A DNA stretch of 64,000 bases from Candidatus Gallimonas faecium (GTDB lineage: Bacteria > Bacillota > Clostridia > Christensenellales > Borkfalkiaceae). This document shows, piece by piece, positions 40,416-47,926 of the stretch. Each line of letters opens with the position of its first letter. Positions within the stretch are counted from its first letter, which is position 1. Made by a program: the position numbers and the translations under genes. The notes under the pieces are model-generated. The model ran no database searches, was not told where the DNA came from, and saw only the letters and a program-made list of their open reading frames with translations. The stretch covers positions 18,113 through 82,112 of the forward strand of contig CAJFHA010000004.1 of the NCBI GenBank assembly GCA_904378075.1, in the 5' to 3' direction.

Positions 40416-40910
40416 TTACTTGTTGTATTTTGCGGCGATCTCCGCATCTTTTTTCAATACCTTCTCCGTCGCCGCGCGGCGGGCATTCATGAGCTTTTCG
40501 TGCAGCTTTTCGTCAGAGACGGCAAGGATCTGCACCGCGAGCAGCGCGGCGTTCTGCGCGCCGTCGATGGCGACCGTCGCCACGGGAATGCCCGAGGGCA
40601 TCTGCACCGTGGACAGCAGCGCGTCCAGCCCGTCGAGCGTGGAACTTTTGACGGGGATGCCGATGACGGGCAGCACCGTGTTCGCCGCAATGGAACCGGC
40701 AAGGTGCGCGGCCTTCCCCGCCGCCGCGATGATCGCGCCGAATCCCTCGTCCGCGGCGCTCTGCGCAAACATGCGCGCCTCTACGGGCGTGCGGTGCGCC
40801 GAATAAACGTGTACCTCGTAGGGAACGCCGTACTCCTCAAACACGGAAAATGCCTTTTCCACGACGGGAAGATCGCTGTCGCTTCCCATGATAACTGCCA
40901 CTTTCTTCAT
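40416..40910 (-). CDS. purE: PurE (N5-CAIR mutase or AIR carboxylase class undetermined)
   Basis: 164 aa: [17 protein letters not shown]...[11 protein letters not shown]...PVIGIPV. No purK in the operon. Confidence 0.9.
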   Translation of the reverse strand: MKKVAVIMGSDSDLPVVEKAFSVFEEYGVPYEVHVYSAHRTPVEARMFAQSAADEGFGAIIAAAGKAAHLAGSIAANTVLPVIGIPVKSSTLDGLDALLSTVQMPSGIPVATVAIDGAQNAALLAVQILAVSDEKLHEKLMNARRAATEKVLKKDAEIAAKYNK

Positions 40911-41079
40911 ACTGTAAGCCTCCGTAACGCGGGCGCCGCCCGCGGTTTTCTCTCCCGTTGCCGTTTTTCCGAAAAATGAAAAAGAGCAGTTTTTTTCTAT
41001 GCGAAAAAAACCGGCTCTACCTTCCCTTCGATTGACTGCTCTTCTGCCGTATGCGGCAGAACTTCACCTGCCTTTTCAT
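40911..41079 (-). promoter_or_regulatory. Structured ~170-nt 5' leader of the pur operon (candidate attenuator/riboswitch, class not recognised)
   Basis: Mutually exclusive hairpins GGCAG-GUGAAGUU-CUGCC and CUGCCG-CAUA-CGGCAG. These are followed by a long stem AGAGCAGU...ACUGCUCU enclosing U7C/GA7, with a UUUUUCAUUUUU tail. Confidence 0.45.
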
Positions 41080-41085
41080 GATATT

Positions 41086-41114
41086 ATTATACCAAACGTC
41101 CCGCGCCCCGTCAA
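41086..41114 (-). promoter_or_regulatory. pur operon promoter, TTGACG-17 nt-TATAAT with TG extension
   Basis: Minus strand reads TTGACGGGGCGCGGGACGTTTGGTATAAT. Confidence 0.65.
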
Positions 41115-41176
41115 GCGTTCCGCAGGTTTTTTTCGGGAATTTCGGAAGACTTGCGTACGAAGTCCCCGTAAAGGCC

Positions 41177-42016
41177 TCAGCGTTGGTTGAATTTCCGCCG
41201 CACCGCCCAGTCGGTGACGCGCTCGGGCAGCATGCGTACGAGCGCGCGCAGCGCGATGTTCCTGCCGCCGGCCGCCGCGACGGCGGGCGGATTGCGCCGC
41301 TGCGCAAGTTTTATGACGGCGTCCGCCACGAGAGAGGGCTCCATGCCGCCCTGTTCGAGATTGGCGAGCGCCGCACCCGCCCTGCGCATGGCGTGAAAGT
41401 ACTCCTCGCTCTCCTCCTCGCCGTAGACGGTGCGCTTGTCGGTGAATCCCGTGGCGGTCCCGCCGGGCAGCAGCGCGCTCACCCGCACGCCGCGGCTGCG
41501 CCACTCCATGTCCGTCTCCCGCGCGAGCATGGCGAGCGCCGCCTTGGAGGCAGAATAAAAACCGTCGTAGGGAATGGGCATCTCGCCGCCCATCGAGCCC
41601 ACGAGCACCGCGCGCCCTCCCCGTTTGCGCAAAAACGGCGCGGCGGCGCGCAGACACTCCACGGCGCCGAAGTAGTTGACTTCGAACAGATAGCGGTAGT
41701 CCTCGCTCTTGGCGTACGCCACGGGCGCAAGGCAGGAATAGCCCGCGCAATAGATCAGCAGGTCGAGCCCGCCCGTCTCCCTGCAGACGTTCTCGATCGC
41801 GCGCGCAAACGCGCCTTCCTCGGAGGCGTCCGCGGTGATCGTGCGCACGGGCGGGACGGATGCGGTGCGCGAAAGATTGAACACCGTATCCCCGCGCGCG
41901 GCGAGGCGGAGCGCCGTCTCCCTGCCGATGCCCGAAGACGCGCCCACGACGATCGCACACCTGCCCTTCTTTTTGCCTTTTGTTTCCGTCTTTTCCGTAT
42001 TTTTCCGCGCTTTCAT
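41177..42016 (-). CDS. Short-chain dehydrogenase/reductase (SDR)
   Basis: 279 aa with VVGASSGIG, the catalytic YSASK and a Lys-rich N-terminal extension. Confidence 0.85.
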   Translation of the reverse strand: MKARKNTEKTETKGKKKGRCAIVVGASSGIGRETALRLAARGDTVFNLSRTASVPPVRTITADASEEGAFARAIENVCRETGGLDLLIYCAGYSCLAPVAYAKSEDYRYLFEVNYFGAVECLRAAAPFLRKRGGRAVLVGSMGGEMPIPYDGFYSASKAALAMLARETDMEWRSRGVRVSALLPGGTATGFTDKRTVYGEEESEEYFHAMRRAGAALANLEQGGMEPSLVADAVIKLAQRRNPPAVAAAGGRNIALRALVRMLPERVTDWAVRRKFNQR

Positions 42017-42052
42017 ACCGTCAGCATGACCGTTCCGCCGGAAATTATGCGC

Positions 42053-42835
42053 TCAGCCGAGGGCGACGTCCAGAATCATCATCAGGCAGAACCCGATCAC
42101 CACGCCGGAGGTGGCGAGCGTCTTGTTCCCCGAAAAGCATTCGGGGATGAGCTCGGAACACACGACGGCGACCATCGCCCCCGCGGAAAAGGCGAGCGCC
42201 CACGGCAGAAGACTGCCGATCGCGCTTGCAGCCAGCGCGCCCAGCACGCATGCGGGCACTTCCACGGCGCCCGATCCCTGCGCGAACAGAAAACTGCGCA
42301 GCGGAGACATGCCGCGCGCCCGCATGGGAAAGGCGACGCACATGCCCTCGGGAAAATTCTGCACGGCGATGCCGAGCGCCAGCAAAAGCCCCGCAAGCGC
42401 ACCGCCCCCGCCCGCGGCAAGTCCCGCCCCCGCAGCGAACGCCACCCCCACCGCCATGCCCTCCGGCACGTTGTGCAGCGTGACGGCAAAGTACAAGAGA
42501 GCCGTGCGCTTATCGCCGATGGCGGTAAAAGAGCGCTGCGTACGGGAGAGCAGCAGATCGCTCCCTACAATGAACGCACCGCCCAGCAAAAAGCCGATCG
42601 TCACCGTAAGATAGGCGGGGAGCGGCCCTTCCGCCTCGATGGCTGGCAGAAGCAGGGAGAAGAAGCTCGCCGCGATCATGATGCCCGCGGAGGCCCCGAG
42701 GAGCACGGTGAGAACGCCCTCTTTGGGGCGTTTGGATAAAAAGACGCACGCCGCGCCGAGCGTCGTCATCGCATACATGACGAGGGAGGCGAGCAGCGCC
42801 TGAAGCCAAGCCTCCAGAGAAAAAAACCATTGCAT
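42053..42835 (-). CDS. zupT: ZIP-family (ZupT-like) metal transporter
   Basis: Track ORF 42053..42925; start MQWFFSLEAW at 42835. HNVPEGMAVG and QNFPEGMCVA motifs. Confidence 0.8.
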   Translation of the reverse strand: MQWFFSLEAWLQALLASLVMYAMTTLGAACVFLSKRPKEGVLTVLLGASAGIMIAASFFSLLLPAIEAEGPLPAYLTVTIGFLLGGAFIVGSDLLLSRTQRSFTAIGDKRTALLYFAVTLHNVPEGMAVGVAFAAGAGLAAGGGGALAGLLLALGIAVQNFPEGMCVAFPMRARGMSPLRSFLFAQGSGAVEVPACVLGALAASAIGSLLPWALAFSAGAMVAVVCSELIPECFSGNKTLATSGVVIGFCLMMILDVALG

Positions 42836-43015
42836 TCGTACGACTCCCGTTTGCCCGGAAAGGGCAGTCGCTCCATCGTATGCGCAAAGCGCCCCGCCGC
42901 GTTCCGCGCGCGTCCGCGTCCGCACGCGATTTTTTTCACGGAAATTTTACCGGGCGTCTTGACAAGCCGAAAAAGCCGTATTATAATAGAGAAAAGCAGT
43001 TTGGGGGGAAATACA

Positions 43016-43477
43016 ATGGTTGCATTGGGCGTTATCACGCTGATCCTGTTGGTATTCGCGCTCATCTTTTACGCGTATCTTGCCAACTATTCCGAGCATG
43101 ACGTCTCCTTTTTTATGAGCGTCAGCCTGATCCTGCTCGTCATGAACCTCTGCACGAATGCAAGCGGTTCGTTCGGGCTTTCCTGGCTCTACCTCGTCGT
43201 AGCGGTGCTCTTTCTCGGGCTCGGCTTTGCGGTGGACGCGCACGAATCGGTCGAATTTTACAAATCGATCGGTCCCTGGTTCAAATCGACATTCTCCGAC
43301 GTGACGCTTTTGGGCTGGAAAGCGCTCTCGCTGGTGTTCTTCCCCGCCGGGATCGCATGCTATTTTGCCATGTACAACGGCAAGCCCGCGCTTGCGCGCA
43401 CCTGCGGAAAGTGCGGGATCTGGGGGCTTCTGCTGTGGGCGGTCCTGCTTTGGGCGATTTTGGGACTTGCGCTTTGA
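43016..43477 (+). CDS. Hypothetical four-TM membrane protein
   Basis: Track ORF 42830..43477; start MVALGVITLILLVF at 43016. Hydrophobic helices throughout. Confidence 0.65.
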   Translation: MVALGVITLILLVFALIFYAYLANYSEHDVSFFMSVSLILLVMNLCTNASGSFGLSWLYLVVAVLFLGLGFAVDAHESVEFYKSIGPWFKSTFSDVTLLGWKALSLVFFPAGIACYFAMYNGKPALARTCGKCGIWGLLLWAVLLWAILGLAL

Positions 43478-43525
43478 GAGAGATTTTTTTCCGGCGCCAA
43501 AACCGCCGGATCCATTCTCCGATCT

Positions 43526-43570
43526 GAAAAAAGACAGCGTTCGGGCAATTGCCCGAACGCAGTCTTTTTT
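43526..43570. terminator. Bidirectional intrinsic terminator (perfect palindrome)
   Basis: AAAAAAGAC-GCGTTCGGGCAATTGCCCGAACGC-GTCTTTTTT. Confidence 0.8.
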
Positions 43571-43684
43571 AACCTTTCACCGTCATCCGAAGGGAGCGCG
43601 TCAGCGCGACGTGAGCCCCGTGACATCCGTAGTTCCGAGGAACAAAGCGACGAGCCCCTCTAAAGGGGAACATTGCCCAAACTT

Positions 43685-43727
43685 AAAGGGCAGCCCTGAA
43701 ATTTGTTTCAGGGCTGCCCTTTTTTTG
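43685..43727. terminator. Bidirectional intrinsic terminator closing the fibre operon
   Basis: AAGGGCAGCCCTGAAA-TTTG-TTTCAGGGCTGCCCTT with flanking A and T runs. Confidence 0.8.
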
Positions 43728-43771
43728 TTATCATTCGCGGTTGGCGTTTGCCGCTCTGTATTTGGCAGCGC

Positions 43772-44305
43772 TTACTCGGAAACCAATGTATTATCGATCA
43801 GCGTACCATTTCCGCCATACGCAGGCGTTGTGCTGCCATCAAAAATTCCGCCGTTCACAATGACCGTATCTGAACTCTGCGCCGTGTAGATATGAGGCTG
43901 ATTCCCGCTCCGGGTAAATGTACCGCTTTCAATCGTACAAGTGCTATTGCATTCCAAATAAACACAATACCGATTCTGCGCCGTGATCGTCACATTTCGA
44001 AGAGTAGCCGTCGAATTTCCTACAACCTGTACCCCTCCCCTCAACGTAACATTGTCGATCAATACATTTTTGGCACCCGATGTGACATAAAGCGGATAGG
44101 CACTATTTTCATAACTGTCTTGCTGGACGATACCGTTCTTCAGCGTGATCCCGTTCGCAGCCAATCCAAAGACGCTCCCATAAACACTGATTCCGCTTCC
44201 GATCGGTTCAACCGTTACGGTATGTCCGCCCAAATCGATCGTTACATCCGGAACAGTGATATAAGTATCAACCTTACTTTTTGAATGAAAGCTGATCATC
44301 GACAC
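43772..44305 (-). CDS. Signal-less right-handed beta-helix module, probably the detached C-terminus of the upstream giant protein
   Basis: 177 aa: VTIDLGGHTVTV, NVLIDNVTLRGG, ATLRNVTITAQN, TCTIESGTFT, TVIVNGGIFDG turns. No signal peptide or SD. GTG/ATG starts (44305/44299) lie inside the upstream gene, in the +1 frame. Confidence 0.6.
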   Translation of the reverse strand: MSMISFHSKSKVDTYITVPDVTIDLGGHTVTVEPIGSGISVYGSVFGLAANGITLKNGIVQQDSYENSAYPLYVTSGAKNVLIDNVTLRGGVQVVGNSTATLRNVTITAQNRYCVYLECNSTCTIESGTFTRSGNQPHIYTAQSSDTVIVNGGIFDGSTTPAYGGNGTLIDNTLVSE

Positions 44306-47300
44306 GCGCGATCTTCTGCTCTGCGTCCTCTGTGTTCGTATAATTTACACCCACAAAAAAGACTTGGGAATCGTTGTTATACGCAAACAGATCTTTGCAA
44401 GCGCCGTTGACCGTGATCCGATCTTCCGTTGTCGTGGAAATATTGTAGACGATCAGCGCGCCGCGCTTAAGCGTGCTGCCTTCGGGGACGGGAATTTCAG
44501 CAGGCTTATCATTGCTCATCCATACCTGCAGATTACCGACGATGCCCGCGGCAAAGGTCTCCCCCTGAATGCGTTCCGCTTCGTTCAGACAGTTTTGTAC
44601 AAGACCTGCATCATACAGCGTACCGACGATCCCGCCGCCGTCGTTCCCGCCGTCGATCGTGCCGCTGTTGCTGCACCCGATGACTTGGATCGGCGCCTTT
44701 GTCTGATAATCGGCGACCGCGCCGCTATAACGGATCCACCCGACGATCCCGCCCGTTCCGTACGCCGCCGTGTTTGTATTGACGATATTCGCCGTGTTCA
44801 CACAGTCTGTAACGGCGCCGTAATTCTGCTGTTCGCCGACGATCCCGCCGATCGACGCGCCATTGCCCGCCACCGCTCCGCTGTTGGTACAATCCGAAAC
44901 GTATGCAGAGCTGAGTCCGACGATTCCGCCCGCCCCCATACAGGCAGCCGTGACCGTCCCCGTATTCGTGCAGTTCGTGATATGCATTGCCTGCGATTCA
45001 TCCGCATAAATGCCGGTATAGTACGCCGCACCGACGATTCCGCCGACATTGCCGCTGGTTACGCTTGTTGCCGTAATCGACGCATGGTTGTTACAATTTT
45101 CGATCGTACCCGAGACGGTCATTCTGCCGACGATCCCGCCGTTCCCGCGCACCGCCGTCACGCTTCCGCTTTCTACCGTAACGCCGGACACCGTCGCGCC
45201 GTTGATCATCAGTCCCGCGACAGCCCCCACGCATTCGCCATCCGTAACGTTGACAGACACATTTGCAAGCGTCAGATCTTTCACGACGCCGCCGTTCAGT
45301 ACGCCGATCAAGCCAAAAGCATTGTCATCCCCGTATGCGCCGCTGAATGTCAGATTGGAAACGGTCTTTCCGTTTCCGTCGAATGTACCGCTGAACGACT
45401 TTCCGCCTTCTGCAAGCCCGCTGCCGCTGCGCATTCCCTGCCCGATGGGCGTCCAGGAAATGCCGGACAGATTGATGTCGGCTTCCAGAACAATATCGCA
45501 GACAATGTTCCCGCTCACCTTACCGAGATCGGCAAGCGCTGCCGCCGTCCAGACGTGCAGGACATCGTTCCGCCCGACGTCGCCAAGATCGCCCGTAAAA
45601 TCAGACTTCTCGTCTCCGCCGAGGAAATGAACCCCTTCGTACCAGTCGCATTCCGCGTCTTCCCTGAACAAACGATTGATGGAATAGACGTCCGTTCCGA
45701 TCGCAAAAATTTCATACCCGCTTTCATTTTCGATCGTCACATCCTGCGCGATTCTGCCGTCTTCCAACGCCCAATTGGAATTCGTGCTCTTTGTTGCCCA
45801 GTCATAGTAGGATACTGGGAATTCTCCCTTACATACAAGCTGCAAGCCTGCTCCGAGCGTTACGTTCAGCGCGTTTGTCGCGTCGACTTCCGCGTAGTCT
45901 CCTTGACTGGGGTTGACTCCGTACCCGTGAGAATGCAGCGTGACCGCAGAACCGGAAGGATTGATCCCGTTTGCAGGACGCGTACCGAGTTCTGCTTCCC
46001 CGTTGCATTCGATCGTTCCGCCGATCAGATTCAGCGTTCCCATCTTGGCGTCGATCCCCGCATACAGGCCCTTCACATAGGCGTTCCCTTCCATGGTAAG
46101 CGTTGCGGCATTGGGAACATAGATCCCCGTTCCGTCATGGCTGATCACGGAAGCATTCCCGGAAAGTTCGATCGTCATGGTGCCGTTCGTATTGTTGCCG
46201 TCCAGCCCGTAGAGGTATGCTTCGATTCCGGCATCATCCGTCATGACAACGCGCGCACCCGTTCCGAGGACCGGTCCGGACGGAACGACCATCTGCGCCG
46301 AATCCTTCATCAGGACGACCGATTTCGTGCGGACGCGCATGGCGTCTGCGCCCTCCTGATCCTGTTCCCCGTCGTTCAGAATATAATTCGTGTTCCCTGC
46401 AAAGGTGACTTCCGCCGCCTGCTCGGCAAGCATCCCGCAAATCTGATAGGACGCCGCATTGGAAAAGTCAATGGAGATCTCGCAGTCCGTAAACGTGACC
46501 TGAGCACCGTTGAAGTGCATCGCCTGCGACTGCGGCGTCTCATCATTTACGGCATCGTTGTCATAGTCGATATCGAAAGAAGTATTTTCAAATACGGCAC
46601 CCCCTCCCGAAACAACGACTGCGCTCATGGCGGCAGCATCGGCAGAGGCAACAAGCCCGTTTGCCCGGACGGACGAATCTGTCATGATAAGGGTGGCGCC
46701 CTGAACATTGAGCGCCGTTTTACCGGTCGCCTGTACAGCCACGTTTTCCAATGCGACCTGTCCCTGCGAACGCGTACGTGCCGCGAGGCCGTTCTGTGCC
46801 CCGACCGTCACGCCGTTTTCAATGGTCAGATTCCGCAGGGTGACATTCTGAGGAAGAGCGAGCGGCGCATCGTCGGACGTGGTAAGCAGCGCATCCCCGT
46901 ATCCTTCTATCACGACCGATTTCCCGGAAAGCGCATCGAAAGCATTGGCATCCAATTCATGCACGCCGTCCCCTGCAGAAAGAACGACTTCCGCTTCTTC
47001 GCTCTCCGCAGCCGCTTCGATCGCCTCGGTCAGCGTTCCGTAATCATTTCCGTCAAAATTGGCATTCCCCGTGAAGGCATTCGCCTGAACGGCGCGCACG
47101 ACAAGGGTGATCTCGCTGTTGACGCTCGACGCAGCGCCCCATGCAAGACCGATATGGAAGGAAAGTTCCGCGATCTGCCCCTGCTCTGTTCCCGCCGTCA
47201 CCCAGCCGCCGACGCCTTCGGTCTGCGTCAGGAAATAAGAAGAACCCGTGCCGTTCATGACGCCGCCGCCGAAGGTATAGGCGGAAGCGTTGCCGTCCAG

Positions 47301-47702
47301 CGAGAGATAGGCGACATACTTCATGGCGACCGTACTCGCGTTCTCAACGGTGAGCGTGAAATCGGCGGTCGTGCCCTGCGCAAGCGTCATGGTGATCTGC
47401 TCCCCGTTGACCGCCGCGCTGCCGTAGCCGTTTTCAAGCGTGATCGCGTTCTCCGAAGCGTTGCCGTCGCCCTGCGCGTTATCCGCAACGGACGTTGCGT
47501 CCGAATCCGCTTCCCCGCGGTAAGACATGGAATCGAGCGTCAGTGCGGACGAAATGCTGATCTCGCCGCTATGCACGTTGAAAGAATATTCCTGCGAGCT
47601 TGTAAACGCCGCAACCGTTGCGCCGACAATGAGCGCGCCGCAGCACCCGATGGTGAGCGCGGACATGACGATCGCTTTCGTTTTCCCCGTCTTCCCTTTC
47701 AT
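44274..47702 (-). CDS. Giant secreted protein B: TasA/camelysin-like N-domain plus beta-helix and GLUG-like repeats
   Basis: Track ORF 44274..47816; start MKGKTGKTKAIVMSALTIGCCGALIVGATVAAFTSSQEY at 47702 behind GAGGAG. The N-domain ends at VRAVQANAFTG. The C-terminal third has about seven G-G-I-V-G repeats. Confidence 0.8.
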   Translation of the reverse strand: MKGKTGKTKAIVMSALTIGCCGALIVGATVAAFTSSQEYSFNVHSGEISISSALTLDSMSYRGEADSDATSVADNAQGDGNASENAITLENGYGSAAVNGEQITMTLAQGTTADFTLTVENASTVAMKYVAYLSLDGNASAYTFGGGVMNGTGSSYFLTQTEGVGGWVTAGTEQGQIAELSFHIGLAWGAASSVNSEITLVVRAVQANAFTGNANFDGNDYGTLTEAIEAAAESEEAEVVLSAGDGVHELDANAFDALSGKSVVIEGYGDALLTTSDDAPLALPQNVTLRNLTIENGVTVGAQNGLAARTRSQGQVALENVAVQATGKTALNVQGATLIMTDSSVRANGLVASADAAAMSAVVVSGGGAVFENTSFDIDYDNDAVNDETPQSQAMHFNGAQVTFTDCEISIDFSNAASYQICGMLAEQAAEVTFAGNTNYILNDGEQDQEGADAMRVRTKSVVLMKDSAQMVVPSGPVLGTGARVVMTDDAGIEAYLYGLDGNNTNGTMTIELSGNASVISHDGTGIYVPNAATLTMEGNAYVKGLYAGIDAKMGTLNLIGGTIECNGEAELGTRPANGINPSGSAVTLHSHGYGVNPSQGDYAEVDATNALNVTLGAGLQLVCKGEFPVSYYDWATKSTNSNWALEDGRIAQDVTIENESGYEIFAIGTDVYSINRLFREDAECDWYEGVHFLGGDEKSDFTGDLGDVGRNDVLHVWTAAALADLGKVSGNIVCDIVLEADINLSGISWTPIGQGMRSGSGLAEGGKSFSGTFDGNGKTVSNLTFSGAYGDDNAFGLIGVLNGGVVKDLTLANVSVNVTDGECVGAVAGLMINGATVSGVTVESGSVTAVRGNGGIVGRMTVSGTIENCNNHASITATSVTSGNVGGIVGAAYYTGIYADESQAMHITNCTNTGTVTAACMGAGGIVGLSSAYVSDCTNSGAVAGNGASIGGIVGEQQNYGAVTDCVNTANIVNTNTAAYGTGGIVGWIRYSGAVADYQTKAPIQVIGCSNSGTIDGGNDGGGIVGTLYDAGLVQNCLNEAERIQGETFAAGIVGNLQVWMSNDKPAEIPVPEGSTLKRGALIVYNISTTTEDRITVNGACKDLFAYNNDSQVFFVGVNYTNTEDAEQKIARVDDQLSFKK

Positions 47703-47926
47703 ATAGCTCTTCTCCTCACTTGAATTTTGCTTTGGGCGGAACAGAGCGCTCCTGCGCGCCCCTTCCCGATCTGCCCGTCCGCGGCTTTCCGCGGACGGGA
47801 TTTTGTTTTGAACCATGCTCCCCGATCGGGCTCCCGCAAAAAGACAAAGTATTTCTGCGGGACAGCATCGGGTTTCACGCCCCGATTGGGGGCGTCGCCT
47901 TCGGCTCCTTTGAATGGCGCAAAGCC

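Noticed and set aside
40416-40910. Calling PurE a class II AIR carboxylase because purK is missing.
   Set aside because: The operon context is suggestive, but I cannot discriminate class I from class II active-site signatures reliably by eye, and purK could lie elsewhere in the genome.
40911-41085. Purine (guanine/adenine), ZTP (pfl) or PRPP/ppGpp (ykkC-type) riboswitch upstream of purE.
   Set aside because: I looked for the conserved cores: UAUNNNNGGAUAUGG…GUUUCUACC…CCGUAAA, GGGUCGUGAC…CCGCCUGGGC, and CUAGGG…GGUCCGAGAG. None was found. The leader is kept only as an unclassified structured element.
43571-43684. 115-nt segment between two bidirectional terminators as a small RNA gene.
   Set aside because: It has only short local hairpins (GCGC-GUCA-GCGC, CCCCU-CUA-AAGGGG). 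There is no promoter-like element and no resemblance to SRP, 6S, tmRNA or RNase P RNA cores. It is not supportable from sequence alone.
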